In this document: positions 23,915-34,213 of the stretch, piece after piece
Layout of the letters: every line of letters starts with the position of its first letter
Position numbering within the stretch: the first letter of the stretch is position 1
DNA from: Blastocatellia bacterium
GTDB taxonomy: Bacteria; Acidobacteriota; Blastocatellia; RBC074
Direction: 5' to 3'
DNA length: 64,000 bases
NCBI GenBank assembly: GCA_043736395.1
Contig: JAYTCQ010000174.1
Location: 4,886 to 68,885 of the forward strand
Translations under genes and position numbers: made by a program
Notes under the pieces: model-generated
Told to the model about the DNA's origin: nothing
What the model saw: the letters and a program-made list of their open reading frames with translations, nothing else
Databases searched by the model: none

Positions 23915-24783
23915 AACTGGCCTTTGATAATGTGCTTCCCGATCGCCATTCCTGCTTTGAGCAATGGTCGAAGATTTTGCAGTGTGTTCGCCACTTCAAA
24001 AATAGTGATAAAAATTAACGCGCTGGATAACCCCTGATGCTGTAAAGTCCATTTGGTAATGGGATCAAGCAACTTCCGAAATCCTTTTCCGACGATCAAC
24101 TGAATCAGCAGCAGGATGATAATTCCGATGCCGCCGCCGACTATGACATCCAACGGAGAATGCTGACCGGTGATGACACGGCTGCCCATAATCACAAAGA
24201 CTGTCCACGCGATGGCGATGCTTCCAATTCGTCGTGAAGCCAGCCAGATTCCAACCGCCAACGTTAAATAAAAGCCGGCGTGATCGCTTGGAAATGATCC
24301 AAGATCATTCTGAAAAACTTCACCTTTTTGCAGCGCCTGAAAACCTTTCTGACTCTCATCGTCCAACGGCACACGAAAAGCTAATTTCTGGCTTTCGACT
24401 AACTGATCGCCTTCCAGATGAAACGCCTTCTGCGATTGAATGAATGGACGCGGCAGAAAAACTGTTTTGGAAATGGTCTTCGTCGTAGCGATAACAAAAA
24501 CCGCCGCGAGCAAGGTCAACAAAAGAATTTTTCGCTGGCGGACAATTTCTGCTTCTTCACCCCGCCCAAACCAGACAGCAACAAAACATCCACCCACGAT
24601 GGCAGCCTTGACCAACTGATTTTCAAGCGGCAACGTCAATAAAGTATCAAGCACCCAGGAATGCCCGACGACACTATTGAGAAGTTCATACAAGTAATCG
24701 CTGGCAGATGTCAGAGTGGTGAGGAGTACATTATTCACAATTTTCTTCTCCTGTTTTTTCAAGCTTTGCTTTGGCCAGAGCAA
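23911..24783 (-). CDS. PAP2 family (type 2 phosphatidic acid / undecaprenyl-PP phosphatase-like) membrane phosphatase
   Basis: PAP2 motifs: PSDH (FPSDHAGF) and SRxxxxxHxxxD (GSRVITGQHSPLDV), with multiple TM helices. The N-terminal 17 codons overlap the 3' end of the upstream NRPS gene, so the true start may be a downstream non-ATG codon. Confidence 0.75.
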   Translation of the reverse strand: MLWPKQSLKKQEKKIVNNVLLTTLTSASDYLYELLNSVVGHSWVLDTLLTLPLENQLVKAAIVGGCFVAVWFGRGEEAEIVRQRKILLLTLLAAVFVIATTKTISKTVFLPRPFIQSQKAFHLEGDQLVESQKLAFRVPLDDESQKGFQALQKGEVFQNDLGSFPSDHAGFYLTLAVGIWLASRRIGSIAIAWTVFVIMGSRVITGQHSPLDVIVGGGIGIIILLLIQLIVGKGFRKLLDPITKWTLQHQGLSSALIFITIFEVANTLQNLRPLLKAGMAIGKHIIKGQL

Positions 24784-27700
24784 GGGTTAGTTGTCGCGCC
24801 AATTCCTGCACGTGCGGTTCTTTGATGATTGTTTGGTGATCGCCTGGCAGGCGGATAATTTCAACGCCACCCGCTGCGAGCGCCTGCCATCCCGTAATAT
24901 TTTCGGCGACGCTGACTTCTTCTTCCGCGCAGAAAAATGTCACTTTTCCGGCATACACTTGCGGGACATATTTTTTAACGGCGAGGTAATTTATCTCTTC
25001 AATTTTCCGTAAAATTTCAGCTAGTGGCTGATTAGAATTTTGGGTAATTTTTTCCGTCAACTGCCACCAAATATTTTTCAGCTTTCGGGTTTTAAATTGC
25101 GCTTTGCTCAAAATGTAATGGGCTTTACCGTGCAGATTAAGCGATGCCAGATTACGGCAATGCTGTTTGATGCGAAGGCGTAAAAATTTCTTTTGATACT
25201 CTTTGGCTTCCGCTTCTGAAAATAATTTCAACCAGCCCAGCGGATATGTATCAAGCATCGCCAACAATGCAACTCGCTCTCCCTGATCGTGAAGTTGTCG
25301 CGCCATCTCAAAAGCAACTGACCCGCCAAACGAACGTCCACCTAAATAATAAGGGCCGTACGGTTGCAGTTGACGTATTTCAGAAATGTAATGCGCAGCC
25401 ATTTCTGCGATATTGGTCAGCGGCGCAGTTTGTCCGTCGAGGCCTACTGCCTGCAATCCATAAAATGGATGCTCGGAATCGAAGTGCTGAACGATGCTGT
25501 TATATTCCAGCACGTTTCCGCCCACTGCATGCACACAGAAAAATGGAGCCGCCGTTCCGCTTGGACGCAGCGGTACTAACGAATTCCACGAAGGCTCCCA
25601 GCCTTGTTCACGTAACATTTCAGCCAACTGCTCAATCGTTGGAGATTGAAATAAAACAGCGAGTGGTAATTGCTTGCCAAAGGCCTGTTGAATCGCACTG
25701 AAAAGTCGAACCGCAATTAATGAATGCCCACCCAGCTCAAAGAAATTATCGCGGACGCCAATCGGATGAATTCCCAAAACTTCTTGCCAGATATTGATGA
25801 GGCGCACTTCCAGTTCGTCTTTTGCCGCGACTAATTCCTGTTTAGTTTCAGTCAACAATTGATCCGCTTTGGGCAATTTTTTGCGATCAACTTTTCCATT
25901 CGGCGTCAGTGGAAATTGCTCCAGGTGAACCCATGCGGAAGGAACCATGTATTCCGGCAATCGCTGCTTTAAAAATTCGCGCAGATCACTCACCAACAAA
26001 GGCTCAACGGCGACATAGTAAGCAATTAATTTTTTATCGTTTTTATTCGTGTCTACCTGTAAGACAACTTCCTGAATAGACGGATGTGCAAGCAATGCAT
26101 TTTCGATTTCTCCCAGCTCAATGCGAAAGCCGCGCAATTTAATCTGATGATCTTTTCGACCAATGAATTCAATGGTTCCGTCAGGAAGATAGCGCGCAAT
26201 ATCTCCGGTTTTATAAAAGCGCGTGGCAGGTGTGAGGTGTCGGGTTTCAGCAAACCTAACACCTGACACCCGAAACCTGTCACCTGTTAATTCCGGTTGA
26301 TTCAGATATTCACGCGCCAGACCATCACCGCCGATATAAATTTCGCCATGAACTCCCATAGGAACCGGATTCATATAACGATCCAAAATATGAATCGTAG
26401 TTCTGGAGATCGGGCGTCCGAGAGGAATTGATCCTTCACCTACATTTTCGATGAGATGCCACGTCGCAAACGTAGTGCTTTCGGTGGGGCCATAACCATT
26501 TACCAAACGCTCCGGCGATCCATTTTTGAGCACCTCGCGACAACAGCCTGGGTCGCAGGCGTCGCCACCGATAATCAATGTTTTCAGGGTTGCAAAAGCG
26601 GTGGGAACTTCACGCGACAACAGATTAAAAAGCGCCGTTGTCAGGAACATGACCGTAATTTTTTGTTCTCGTAATTGCGCGGCAAATTCGTGTGGTGACA
26701 GCGCAATGTCTTTGTTGATAAGCACCAGCCTGCCGCCGTTCAATAGCGCGCCCCACAGTTCAAAAGTTGCGGCATCAAATGAAATATTCGAGACCTGCGC
26801 CATCGCATCTGAACTGTCCAGATGAACGTAATTTGTATTGATAACCAAACGACTGACGCCACGATGAACAATCGCTGAGCCTTTCGGCTGTCCCGTTGAA
26901 CCCGAGGTATAAATCACGTACGCCAAATCTTCAGATTTATTCAGATTCGTGAGATTTTTATCATTTTGCTCAGGGAATATACCTTTTTCATCCAGACAAA
27001 TTATTTGAGCAGTTGTTTCAGGCAATCGTGACCGCAATGATAACTGTGTCAAAATCACCGGCGCGTTTGCATCGTTAAGCATGAACTCTAAACGCACTTG
27101 CGGATAAGCCGGATCAAGCGGCAAATAGGCTCCACCCGCTTTTAGAATTCCCAACACACCAATCACCATTTCTACACTGCGATCTGTGAAAAGTCCGACT
27201 AACGTATCTGGTTTTATTCCTGTTTCGCGCAGAGCGTGCGCTACGTGATTTGCGCGGCGATTCAGTTCGCGGTAGCTGACATTTACTTCACCTGAAACAA
27301 TGGCAACGGCATCAGGCGTGCGATCCACCTGTGCTTCAAATAATTGATGCAGACACAAATCTTTTGGGTAATCAGTGGCGGTGTCATTCCACTCAACCAA
27401 AATTTGCTGAAGCTCTGCCGCACTCAAAAAAGGCAGCTCGGACAAACGTTGTTGAGGATCGGTGACGATTCCTTCGAGCAGGTTTTGATAGTGCTGCAGC
27501 AATCGCTGCATCGTTGCTTCATCAAACAAATCGGTGCTGTATTCAATGGTCGTCTGCAATCCATCAGCGGTTTCGCTGACCGATAAAAACAAATCGAACT
27601 TTGAGGTCACCGCACTAATTTTATAAGGGCGAAGTTGCAAGCCCGGAATTTTCACCGATGAGGTTGTCTCAGGCTGTAACGCAAAAGCCGTTTGAAAAAT

Positions 27701-28855
27701 CGGGTTATGACTGAGGCTTCGTTCGGGGCGAAGTTCAGCGACTAATTTTTCAAACGGAAAATCCTGATTGGAAAAAGCGTCTAAGGTCGTTTCTTTGATT
27801 CTTCGCAGTACTTCACAAAAGGTTGGATTCCCTGACAGGTCAGCGCGAAGCACCAACGTATTCACAAAAAAACCAATTAAAGATTCTGTCTCAGTCCGCG
27901 TTCGTCCTGCCACCGGAGCGCCCACGACCAAATCATCCTGATCGGTATAACGCGCCAGCAAAACATTAAATGCCCCCAGCAAAGTCATGAACATGGTCAC
28001 GCCTTCTTTTCGGTTCAAGGCTTTGAGTTCATTTTGCAGGCCAGCGGAAAACACGCTGGAAATTTGCGCGCCTCGAAAACTTTGCACGGCTGGCCGCGGT
28101 CGGTCGGTCGGAAATTCAAGCAAAGCTGGAGCACCTGCCAGCTGTTTTTTCCAATACTGAAGTTGCTGTTTGGAATCTTGTTCCTGCTGAAGTGACCAGG
28201 CAGCGTAGTCTCCAAATTGAATCGAAAGCTCCGTCAACTGTGGCTTATTTTGTTGTGCGTAATCAAAATAAAGCTGCGCAAATTCGTTCCAGAAAATACC
28301 GAGTGACGATCCATCGCTAACGATGTGGTGAACCGTCAAAAACAAAATATGTTCCTGTTCATCCAGTTTGACGAGGACAAAATTTAAGAGACAATTCTCC
28401 AGAGAAATTGGGTGAGCGGCTTCTTCCGACAAGAATTTTAAAGTCTCCGCTTCACGCACCTCCGGCGGGTATTCGCTGAAATCTTTCCAGCTCAATGGTA
28501 GCGATTGTGAATCTGAAATTTTCTGTTTCGGCGCTCCATCAATCTCTATAAATGTGGTTCTCAATGCATCGTGACGCGCAAAGATTTTTTCCAGTGCTTT
28601 TTGCAAAGCCTCTTGATTCAGCGTTCCGCTAAGCCTCATCGCATCAGTAAGATTGTAGGTCGAAGCGGAAGGATTTAATTGCGATAGAAACAAGAGGCTT
28701 TGTTGATTAAAAGTAAGCGGCGCAATGAATCTATCAGCACGAAGTGGAATCGCGGTATTTTGTTGAGGCGCGCGATTTCTTTCACGCAATTTCTTTTCAA
28801 GCAAAATGCGCTTAGCGGCGGAAAGCTCCTCAATTCTTTGTGTCAACTGCGTCAT
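24731..28855 (-). CDS. non-ribosomal peptide synthetase termination module: N-terminal basic docking helix - C - A - T - TE
   Basis: N-terminus MTQLTQRIEELSAAKRILLEKKLRERNRA (COM-like, basic). C domain with HHIVSDGSS. A motifs (LAYVIYTSGSTGQPKG, NGYGPTE, GEIYIGGDGLAREYL, GRKDHQIKLRGFRIELGEIE, LPEYMVPS, NGKVDRK). PCP FFELGGHSLIAVRL. Thioesterase with PFFCVHAVGGNVLEY and the GRSFGG nucleophile elbow. Confidence 0.9.
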   Translation of the reverse strand: MTQLTQRIEELSAAKRILLEKKLRERNRAPQQNTAIPLRADRFIAPLTFNQQSLLFLSQLNPSASTYNLTDAMRLSGTLNQEALQKALEKIFARHDALRTTFIEIDGAPKQKISDSQSLPLSWKDFSEYPPEVREAETLKFLSEEAAHPISLENCLLNFVLVKLDEQEHILFLTVHHIVSDGSSLGIFWNEFAQLYFDYAQQNKPQLTELSIQFGDYAAWSLQQEQDSKQQLQYWKKQLAGAPALLEFPTDRPRPAVQSFRGAQISSVFSAGLQNELKALNRKEGVTMFMTLLGAFNVLLARYTDQDDLVVGAPVAGRTRTETESLIGFFVNTLVLRADLSGNPTFCEVLRRIKETTLDAFSNQDFPFEKLVAELRPERSLSHNPIFQTAFALQPETTSSVKIPGLQLRPYKISAVTSKFDLFLSVSETADGLQTTIEYSTDLFDEATMQRLLQHYQNLLEGIVTDPQQRLSELPFLSAAELQQILVEWNDTATDYPKDLCLHQLFEAQVDRTPDAVAIVSGEVNVSYRELNRRANHVAHALRETGIKPDTLVGLFTDRSVEMVIGVLGILKAGGAYLPLDPAYPQVRLEFMLNDANAPVILTQLSLRSRLPETTAQIICLDEKGIFPEQNDKNLTNLNKSEDLAYVIYTSGSTGQPKGSAIVHRGVSRLVINTNYVHLDSSDAMAQVSNISFDAATFELWGALLNGGRLVLINKDIALSPHEFAAQLREQKITVMFLTTALFNLLSREVPTAFATLKTLIIGGDACDPGCCREVLKNGSPERLVNGYGPTESTTFATWHLIENVGEGSIPLGRPISRTTIHILDRYMNPVPMGVHGEIYIGGDGLAREYLNQPELTGDRFRVSGVRFAETRHLTPATRFYKTGDIARYLPDGTIEFIGRKDHQIKLRGFRIELGEIENALLAHPSIQEVVLQVDTNKNDKKLIAYYVAVEPLLVSDLREFLKQRLPEYMVPSAWVHLEQFPLTPNGKVDRKKLPKADQLLTETKQELVAAKDELEVRLINIWQEVLGIHPIGVRDNFFELGGHSLIAVRLFSAIQQAFGKQLPLAVLFQSPTIEQLAEMLREQGWEPSWNSLVPLRPSGTAAPFFCVHAVGGNVLEYNSIVQHFDSEHPFYGLQAVGLDGQTAPLTNIAEMAAHYISEIRQLQPYGPYYLGGRSFGGSVAFEMARQLHDQGERVALLAMLDTYPLGWLKLFSEAEAKEYQKKFLRLRIKQHCRNLASLNLHGKAHYILSKAQFKTRKLKNIWWQLTEKITQNSNQPLAEILRKIEEINYLAVKKYVPQVYAGKVTFFCAEEEVSVAENITGWQALAAGGVEIIRLPGDHQTIIKEPHVQELARQLTLALAKAKLEKTGEENCE

Positions 28856-28870
28856 TCTGAATTTATTTCA

Positions 28871-31603
28871 TCAAACAGCTTGGCCTGATTGAATATCCTT
28901 TCGATTTAATCGTTTATTGAGTTGTTCGGCTAAGAGTTTCACGTTGGAGCTTTGAATCATGCTTTGATGATTGCCCGGAACTTCGACAACTTCGACTCCA
29001 CCTGTTGCAAGAGATTGCCAACCAAACTGATTTTCCAGAGAACTGACCTCTTCGGTCGCAGAAAAGTATGTAATTCGATCTGGATAAGCGCGAGGAATAT
29101 ATTTTTTGGCTGCCGAATAATTGAATTCCTCAATGTTGCGCAATGTATCTGATAAAGGCATTTCTTCACTTTGATTGAATTTTCGGCTCACCTGCCATTG
29201 CCATGTTTCAACTTTACGTTTCTTGTAATTGGCCTTTTCCAGGAAATAAGAAATTTTCCCTTTCCAGTTAAATTGCTGAACATTCGCCAAATGCCGCTGA
29301 ATTCGAATGAGTAAAAAGCGCGTTTGATATTTCAATGTAATGCCGCGCGAAAACCGTTTCAGCCAACCAATCGGGTCGGTATCAAGCAATGCCACCAGCG
29401 CAACCTCCTGATTTTGTTCGCGGAGCTGTTGCGCCATTTCATAAGCTACGACGCCTCCAAACGACCGTCCACCAAGTTGATAAGGGCCATTCGGTTGCAG
29501 TTGCCGCAGCTCTTTAATGTATTGCGACGCCATCGCTTCGATACTGGTCAGCGGTTGCCGCTTGCCGTCTAATCCCACCGATTGCAAACCGTAGAATGGT
29601 TGATCGGACGGCATCTGCTGCGCGAGTTCGTAATACTCAAGCACATTGCCGCCAACAGCGTGAACACAAAAGAATGGGGTCTTATCTCCCTTTGGTTGTA
29701 ATGGAACCAAAGAAGTCCACAACAATTGTTCGTCCTGCGTTTGGAGAAAAATTGCCAATTGCCGAATCGTTGGAGATTGAAACAAGGTCACGAGCGGCAG
29801 CCGTTTGCCAAAATTAATTTCAAGCTCAGCAAAGATGCGAACCGCCAATAACGAATGGCCTCCCAGCTCAAAAAAATTGTCTGTGACACTAATCGGATGA
29901 AGGTGCAAAGCGGCTTCCCAAATTTCAACCAGCCTGGCTTCAATCTTATTATCGGCAATCACTACGTCATCTTTGTCACGGTCATTGATGACGGCTTCTG
30001 GCGCGGGTAATTGCTTCCGATCAATTTTTCCATTTGGCGAAAGCGGAAGCGAATCCAGCCTGATGAATAAAGATGGAACCATGTAATCCGGCAATTTTTG
30101 ACTGAGATGATGACGAAGCTCTTCATTCTTCGGCGCATCAATTCCTCCCACATAATAGGTCACCAAACGCTTGTTACCGGAGGCGTCCTCGCCTGCCACG
30201 ACTACACATTCACGAATCAAATGATGCTGCGATAAAACTGTTTCGATTTCTCCGAGTTCAATGCGATGACCGCGAATTTTGACTTGAAAATCCATTCGGC
30301 CTAAACACTCCAGCACGCCATCAGGATGGAGACGCGCAAGGTCACCGGTGCGGTAAACGCGAGTGCCGGGGAATGAGTGCTGAGTTATGAGTGCTAAGTT
30401 AGCTGACTCTTGAAACTTCTCAGATGTTAGCTCTGCTCTATTTAAATATCCTCGCGCTAATCCAATCCCCCCAATTAACAGCTCTCCTGCTGTTCCGGTT
30501 GGCATTGGATTGAAGTTTTCATCCACAATAAAAATCTGGTAATTCGTGATTGGTCGTCCAATCGGCACAAAGTTTCGCTTGGTCTCGCGTTCGCAATCCC
30601 AATACGTGCATTCAACGGATGCTTCGGTCGGACCATATAAATTATGCAGTCCGATGTGTCGCGGCATACGCGCAAAAAAGCGTTGTTGAAGGGTGAACGG
30701 TAACGGTTCTCCGCTGCAAAAAATATGCTGAAGGGAATCACTTCTATGAAAACTTTCGTCTTCTAACAGCATCTGCAATTGCGAAGGAACCATGAATAAA
30801 GTTGAGATTTTTTCGCGCTGGATCAATTCAATTAAATAAGCGCCATCCTTCTGTCCACCGGGCGCTGCAATCACTAATCTGGCTCCAGCGATCAAGGGGG
30901 AAAAGAATTCATACAAAGACAGATCAAAGCTGAATGGAGTCTTCAATAAGACCGCGTCTTCTGTGCTCAGCGGAAATTGATTTTGCATCCATTGCAATTG
31001 ATTACAAATCCCGCGATGCTCAATCATGACGCCTTTGGGATTGCCCGTTGATCCCGATGTATAAATCACATACGCCAGATTTGAAGGCTTCGCTCCACTC
31101 TCAAAATTAGCTTCGCTTTCCTGATTAATTTCTGCCGTGTCCAGACAAATGACTTGGGAATTATTGGCTGGTAAAGATGCCAGCAAGTCATTTTGCGTCA
31201 ATAAAACCGGGACTCCGGCATCACTCATCATAAAAGCGATGCGGTCTGCCGGGTAGTCAGGATCAAGTGGAACATACGCGCCTCCGGCTTTGAGAATGCC
31301 GTACATCGCAATCACCATTTCAGGCGAACGCTCCATAAAAATCCCGACCAATGTTTCCGGTGTCACGCCGATTCTTTTTAAATAATGTGCCACTTGATTG
31401 GCACGATGATTGAATTCCTGATACGTCAGAATTTTGTCGTCGAAAATAAGTGCAGGTAAGTGAGGAGTTTTTTTGACCTGTGCTTCGAACAGTTGATGCA
31501 GGCAGGCTTCGCCTGAACTGACAATATTTTCAAAGTCAGCCTGCACCTGATTTTCTCGATGTAAACTAATTGCTTTCATTTTCCTCTCACCTGTTTTTGC
31601 CAT
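28871..31603 (-). CDS. stand-alone NRPS-like A - T - TE tridomain protein
   Basis: Starts within an A domain (LTYQEFNHRANQVAHYL). A motifs (LAYVIYTSGSTGNPKG, FSFDLSLYEFF, NLYGPTE, GELLIGGIGLARGYL, GRMDFQVKIRGHRIELGEIE, NGKIDRK). PCP FFELGGHSLLAVRIF. TE PFFCVHAVGGNVLEY..GGRSFGG, paralogous to the TE of the upstream gene. No C domain. Confidence 0.9.
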   Translation of the reverse strand: MAKTGERKMKAISLHRENQVQADFENIVSSGEACLHQLFEAQVKKTPHLPALIFDDKILTYQEFNHRANQVAHYLKRIGVTPETLVGIFMERSPEMVIAMYGILKAGGAYVPLDPDYPADRIAFMMSDAGVPVLLTQNDLLASLPANNSQVICLDTAEINQESEANFESGAKPSNLAYVIYTSGSTGNPKGVMIEHRGICNQLQWMQNQFPLSTEDAVLLKTPFSFDLSLYEFFSPLIAGARLVIAAPGGQKDGAYLIELIQREKISTLFMVPSQLQMLLEDESFHRSDSLQHIFCSGEPLPFTLQQRFFARMPRHIGLHNLYGPTEASVECTYWDCERETKRNFVPIGRPITNYQIFIVDENFNPMPTGTAGELLIGGIGLARGYLNRAELTSEKFQESANLALITQHSFPGTRVYRTGDLARLHPDGVLECLGRMDFQVKIRGHRIELGEIETVLSQHHLIRECVVVAGEDASGNKRLVTYYVGGIDAPKNEELRHHLSQKLPDYMVPSLFIRLDSLPLSPNGKIDRKQLPAPEAVINDRDKDDVVIADNKIEARLVEIWEAALHLHPISVTDNFFELGGHSLLAVRIFAELEINFGKRLPLVTLFQSPTIRQLAIFLQTQDEQLLWTSLVPLQPKGDKTPFFCVHAVGGNVLEYYELAQQMPSDQPFYGLQSVGLDGKRQPLTSIEAMASQYIKELRQLQPNGPYQLGGRSFGGVVAYEMAQQLREQNQEVALVALLDTDPIGWLKRFSRGITLKYQTRFLLIRIQRHLANVQQFNWKGKISYFLEKANYKKRKVETWQWQVSRKFNQSEEMPLSDTLRNIEEFNYSAAKKYIPRAYPDRITYFSATEEVSSLENQFGWQSLATGGVEVVEVPGNHQSMIQSSNVKLLAEQLNKRLNRKDIQSGQAV

Positions 31604-31620
31604 GCTTAATTTGTAAAAAA

Positions 31621-32829
31621 TTATGAGGCGACTGAAAATTCCTTAACTCCTTCGGAAATATTTCTTTTGATTTTCTGCAATTCCGGCTGACAGGAAGCGG
31701 GTGCCACCTGACTTAAAAATTCCAGCATGCGACCGGCAAAAACCGGGTAAGAAAATTTTTCGGCATGCTGACGCAGTACACGTTGCGACCAACGATAATC
31801 TTCAAATTGCTCAATGGCTTCGGATAAAGATTGGCTGGTGGGATGCTTAAAAAATAATCCAGTCAAACCATCGGCAACGGTTTCCAGCGCTCCGCCTGCA
31901 CCGTAGGCAACCACGGGACGCCCAGCAGCATTGATCTCAAGTGGGGTCATCCCAAAATCTTCTTCACCGGGAAATAACAAAGCGCGGCAATGGCTGGCAT
32001 AATAATTCACGACGTCATCGGGCTGTCGCCCTAAGAATTTAACCGTCGGGCCAGCCATTGCTTCCAAGCGCTGCCGATCTGGACCATCGCCGATGACGAC
32101 CAATTCACGATTCATTTTCGTGCAGGCCTGAATCGCGAGGTCAATGCGTTTATAGGGAACGAGCCGTGACAAGATCAAAAAATAATCTTCCACGTGATTG
32201 CTGGGCTGGAATCGGCCTACGTCAATCGGAGGTGGAATCACGACCGATTCACGTTCATAAATTTGTTTGATTCGATCAGCCACTATTTGCGAGTTCGCGA
32301 TGTAATAATCCGGTTGACGCGCAGCGCGACGATCCCACGCACGTAATCCCGCGAGCATTGCAGGCAACACAGCCCGCGCCGCGCCGCTAAAGGCTTCACG
32401 TTCGGCATAATCGTCATACCGCCAAACCCATCGCATCGGAGTATGGCAATAACAAACATGCACCGCATTTTTCGCACGACGGACGCCTTTGCCATAGCCA
32501 GAACTGCTGCTGACAATTAGCTCATGTTCTGATAAATCCAGACTTTCGACAGCGAACGGATAGAGCCAAAAATACTGGCGGAATTTGCTTTCCACCGCTG
32601 GCATTTTCTGCATGAAGGAAGTGCGAATTTCTTTCGTGCGTAATCTTTCCGGCAAGCGATGCTCAAGCGCAACCGTCGCGTACATCGGAGCCGCTGGAAA
32701 GATTTGCGATAAGGCTTCCGCCACTTTTTCCGCTCCGCCCATCTGGACGAAATAATCATGTACTAAAGCTATTCGGGGCATCCTGAGTGATCCTTTTTTC
32801 GGTAGTAGTTCGTGTTTGCGATGCAACAC
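31621..32829 (-). CDS. GT4 family glycosyltransferase (start probably at the internal MPRIALVHDYF Met, ~32781)
   Basis: IALVHDYFVQMGGAEKV (GT4 N-terminal donor-binding start) and a C-terminal E..G...LE-type region (FGMTPLEINAAGRPVVAYGAGGALETV). Confidence 0.75.
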   Translation of the reverse strand: MLHRKHELLPKKGSLRMPRIALVHDYFVQMGGAEKVAEALSQIFPAAPMYATVALEHRLPERLRTKEIRTSFMQKMPAVESKFRQYFWLYPFAVESLDLSEHELIVSSSSGYGKGVRRAKNAVHVCYCHTPMRWVWRYDDYAEREAFSGAARAVLPAMLAGLRAWDRRAARQPDYYIANSQIVADRIKQIYERESVVIPPPIDVGRFQPSNHVEDYFLILSRLVPYKRIDLAIQACTKMNRELVVIGDGPDRQRLEAMAGPTVKFLGRQPDDVVNYYASHCRALLFPGEEDFGMTPLEINAAGRPVVAYGAGGALETVADGLTGLFFKHPTSQSLSEAIEQFEDYRWSQRVLRQHAEKFSYPVFAGRMLEFLSQVAPASCQPELQKIKRNISEGVKEFSVAS

Positions 32830-32859
32830 GAATCTGTTTTTTTATCTTTCAGGTTTAAG

Positions 32860-34158
32860 CTATGCACTAAACCGCAGCCATAAATTCGTTACTATTTTGC
32901 CAATCGGAAAATCATCACGTTGTGGATAAAAACAATCACGCCAACTGATTTTTTGTTTATGTAGTAACCCAAATAACGCGACAATCAGCATCACGCTGTA
33001 GCCCAGCACCGAAGCCAGCGCCGCGCCAACGATGCCGCGTGTCGGCAACCAATACAGCAGCGCGATCACGGTGACCACCGCTGAAGATAAGCGCGAAATG
33101 GTGCTCAGAATCGGGTAGCCCAAACCGTTTAAGCCACTGTTCACAATTGCGGCCAGGCTCCAAAGGACAGAGGCAACCAGCAGCAGCCGGAGAGTTCCTG
33201 TTGCTGCCAAAAACTCTTCGCCATACGCAAAGCGCAAGATATATGGCGCTGACACCCAAAGCGGAATTAACACCACGACATACACGTAAAGTGTTTGGCG
33301 CATACTTTTGGTGAGTAATTGCAGTGACTCTTTTTTGCTTTCCAGGGCGGCGACCTCTGGCAACAAGACATCCGAGACCGAAGACGCAAGGACGGTGGTG
33401 ATTTCAGAGAGCCGCACGGCTACCACATAAAGCCCGATCACTGCGCTGGGAGCCAGCGCCGCGAGTAATAATTGATCCAATCGCAGAGTTGCTATTGAGG
33501 TAATCAAGCCCGGAAAATAACGCAGCCCGTAAGCAAGCGCTTCTTTCCATTCCCCCCAACCAAGTTGCCAATGCGGACGCAATGCAACCTTGACGCCGAT
33601 GACGGCAAGTGTCGTACACGCCAACTGTGCAGCGATCATGGTATAGGCGGCATTTCTTACCGTCAGCTCGCCAATCAACCAGAGCACTATATAAGTGACA
33701 GATTGTGTGCCGTAAAAAATGCCTCGTGCGGCAGCCGACCATCTAAACTGTCGCGTTCCCTCAAGCAAGCCAACCATCAAATCAAACAGAAGCGCGAGCG
33801 GAATATTTAATAAATAAACTCGTACCAACAGCATGACCGCCGGACTGCGTTGCCCAATCAGATGCGGGACAACCAACTCCGCTATCCCAAAGGCGATGAG
33901 GCCGGCGAATAACGCAAAAATGAGTGCATTGGAATAATGTGTGGAAAGTGACTCTGGACGACGTGCCAGATAATAACGATAGGCCTGCGGTAAGCCTAAG
34001 CCGAAAGCCCAGGCTACGATATTTGGCCATAACACAACCACCGCGAGGTCGCCACGTCCTTCCGGCCCGAGTGCCCAGGCAGTCAACAAGCTTGTGACCA
34101 CACCGGAAAGCAGCGTAAAGCCGTAAGTCAAAAATACGATGGCGATATTTTTCTTCAT
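32860..34158 (-). CDS. Wzx-like polysaccharide/oligosaccharide flippase (MOP/polysaccharide biosynthesis protein family)
   Basis: 432 aa with ~12 predicted TM helices, hydrophobic throughout. Size and topology match Wzx/polysaccharide biosynthesis proteins. It sits within a GT / sugar-transferase locus. Confidence 0.65.
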   Translation of the reverse strand: MKKNIAIVFLTYGFTLLSGVVTSLLTAWALGPEGRGDLAVVVLWPNIVAWAFGLGLPQAYRYYLARRPESLSTHYSNALIFALFAGLIAFGIAELVVPHLIGQRSPAVMLLVRVYLLNIPLALLFDLMVGLLEGTRQFRWSAAARGIFYGTQSVTYIVLWLIGELTVRNAAYTMIAAQLACTTLAVIGVKVALRPHWQLGWGEWKEALAYGLRYFPGLITSIATLRLDQLLLAALAPSAVIGLYVVAVRLSEITTVLASSVSDVLLPEVAALESKKESLQLLTKSMRQTLYVYVVVLIPLWVSAPYILRFAYGEEFLAATGTLRLLLVASVLWSLAAIVNSGLNGLGYPILSTISRLSSAVVTVIALLYWLPTRGIVGAALASVLGYSVMLIVALFGLLHKQKISWRDCFYPQRDDFPIGKIVTNLWLRFSA

Positions 34159-34213
34159 TCGTTTGGTAATAATTCAGTCAGCGCCTGATCTATGAGGCGC
34201 ATTATTTTAGTAA

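Noticed and set aside
24731-24783. 53-bp overlap between the NRPS-B 3' end and the PAP2 5' end considered as a frameshift or pseudogene
   Set aside because: Both reading frames are intact with full-length motifs. The overlap is most simply an over-called PAP2 start (a non-ATG start further downstream).
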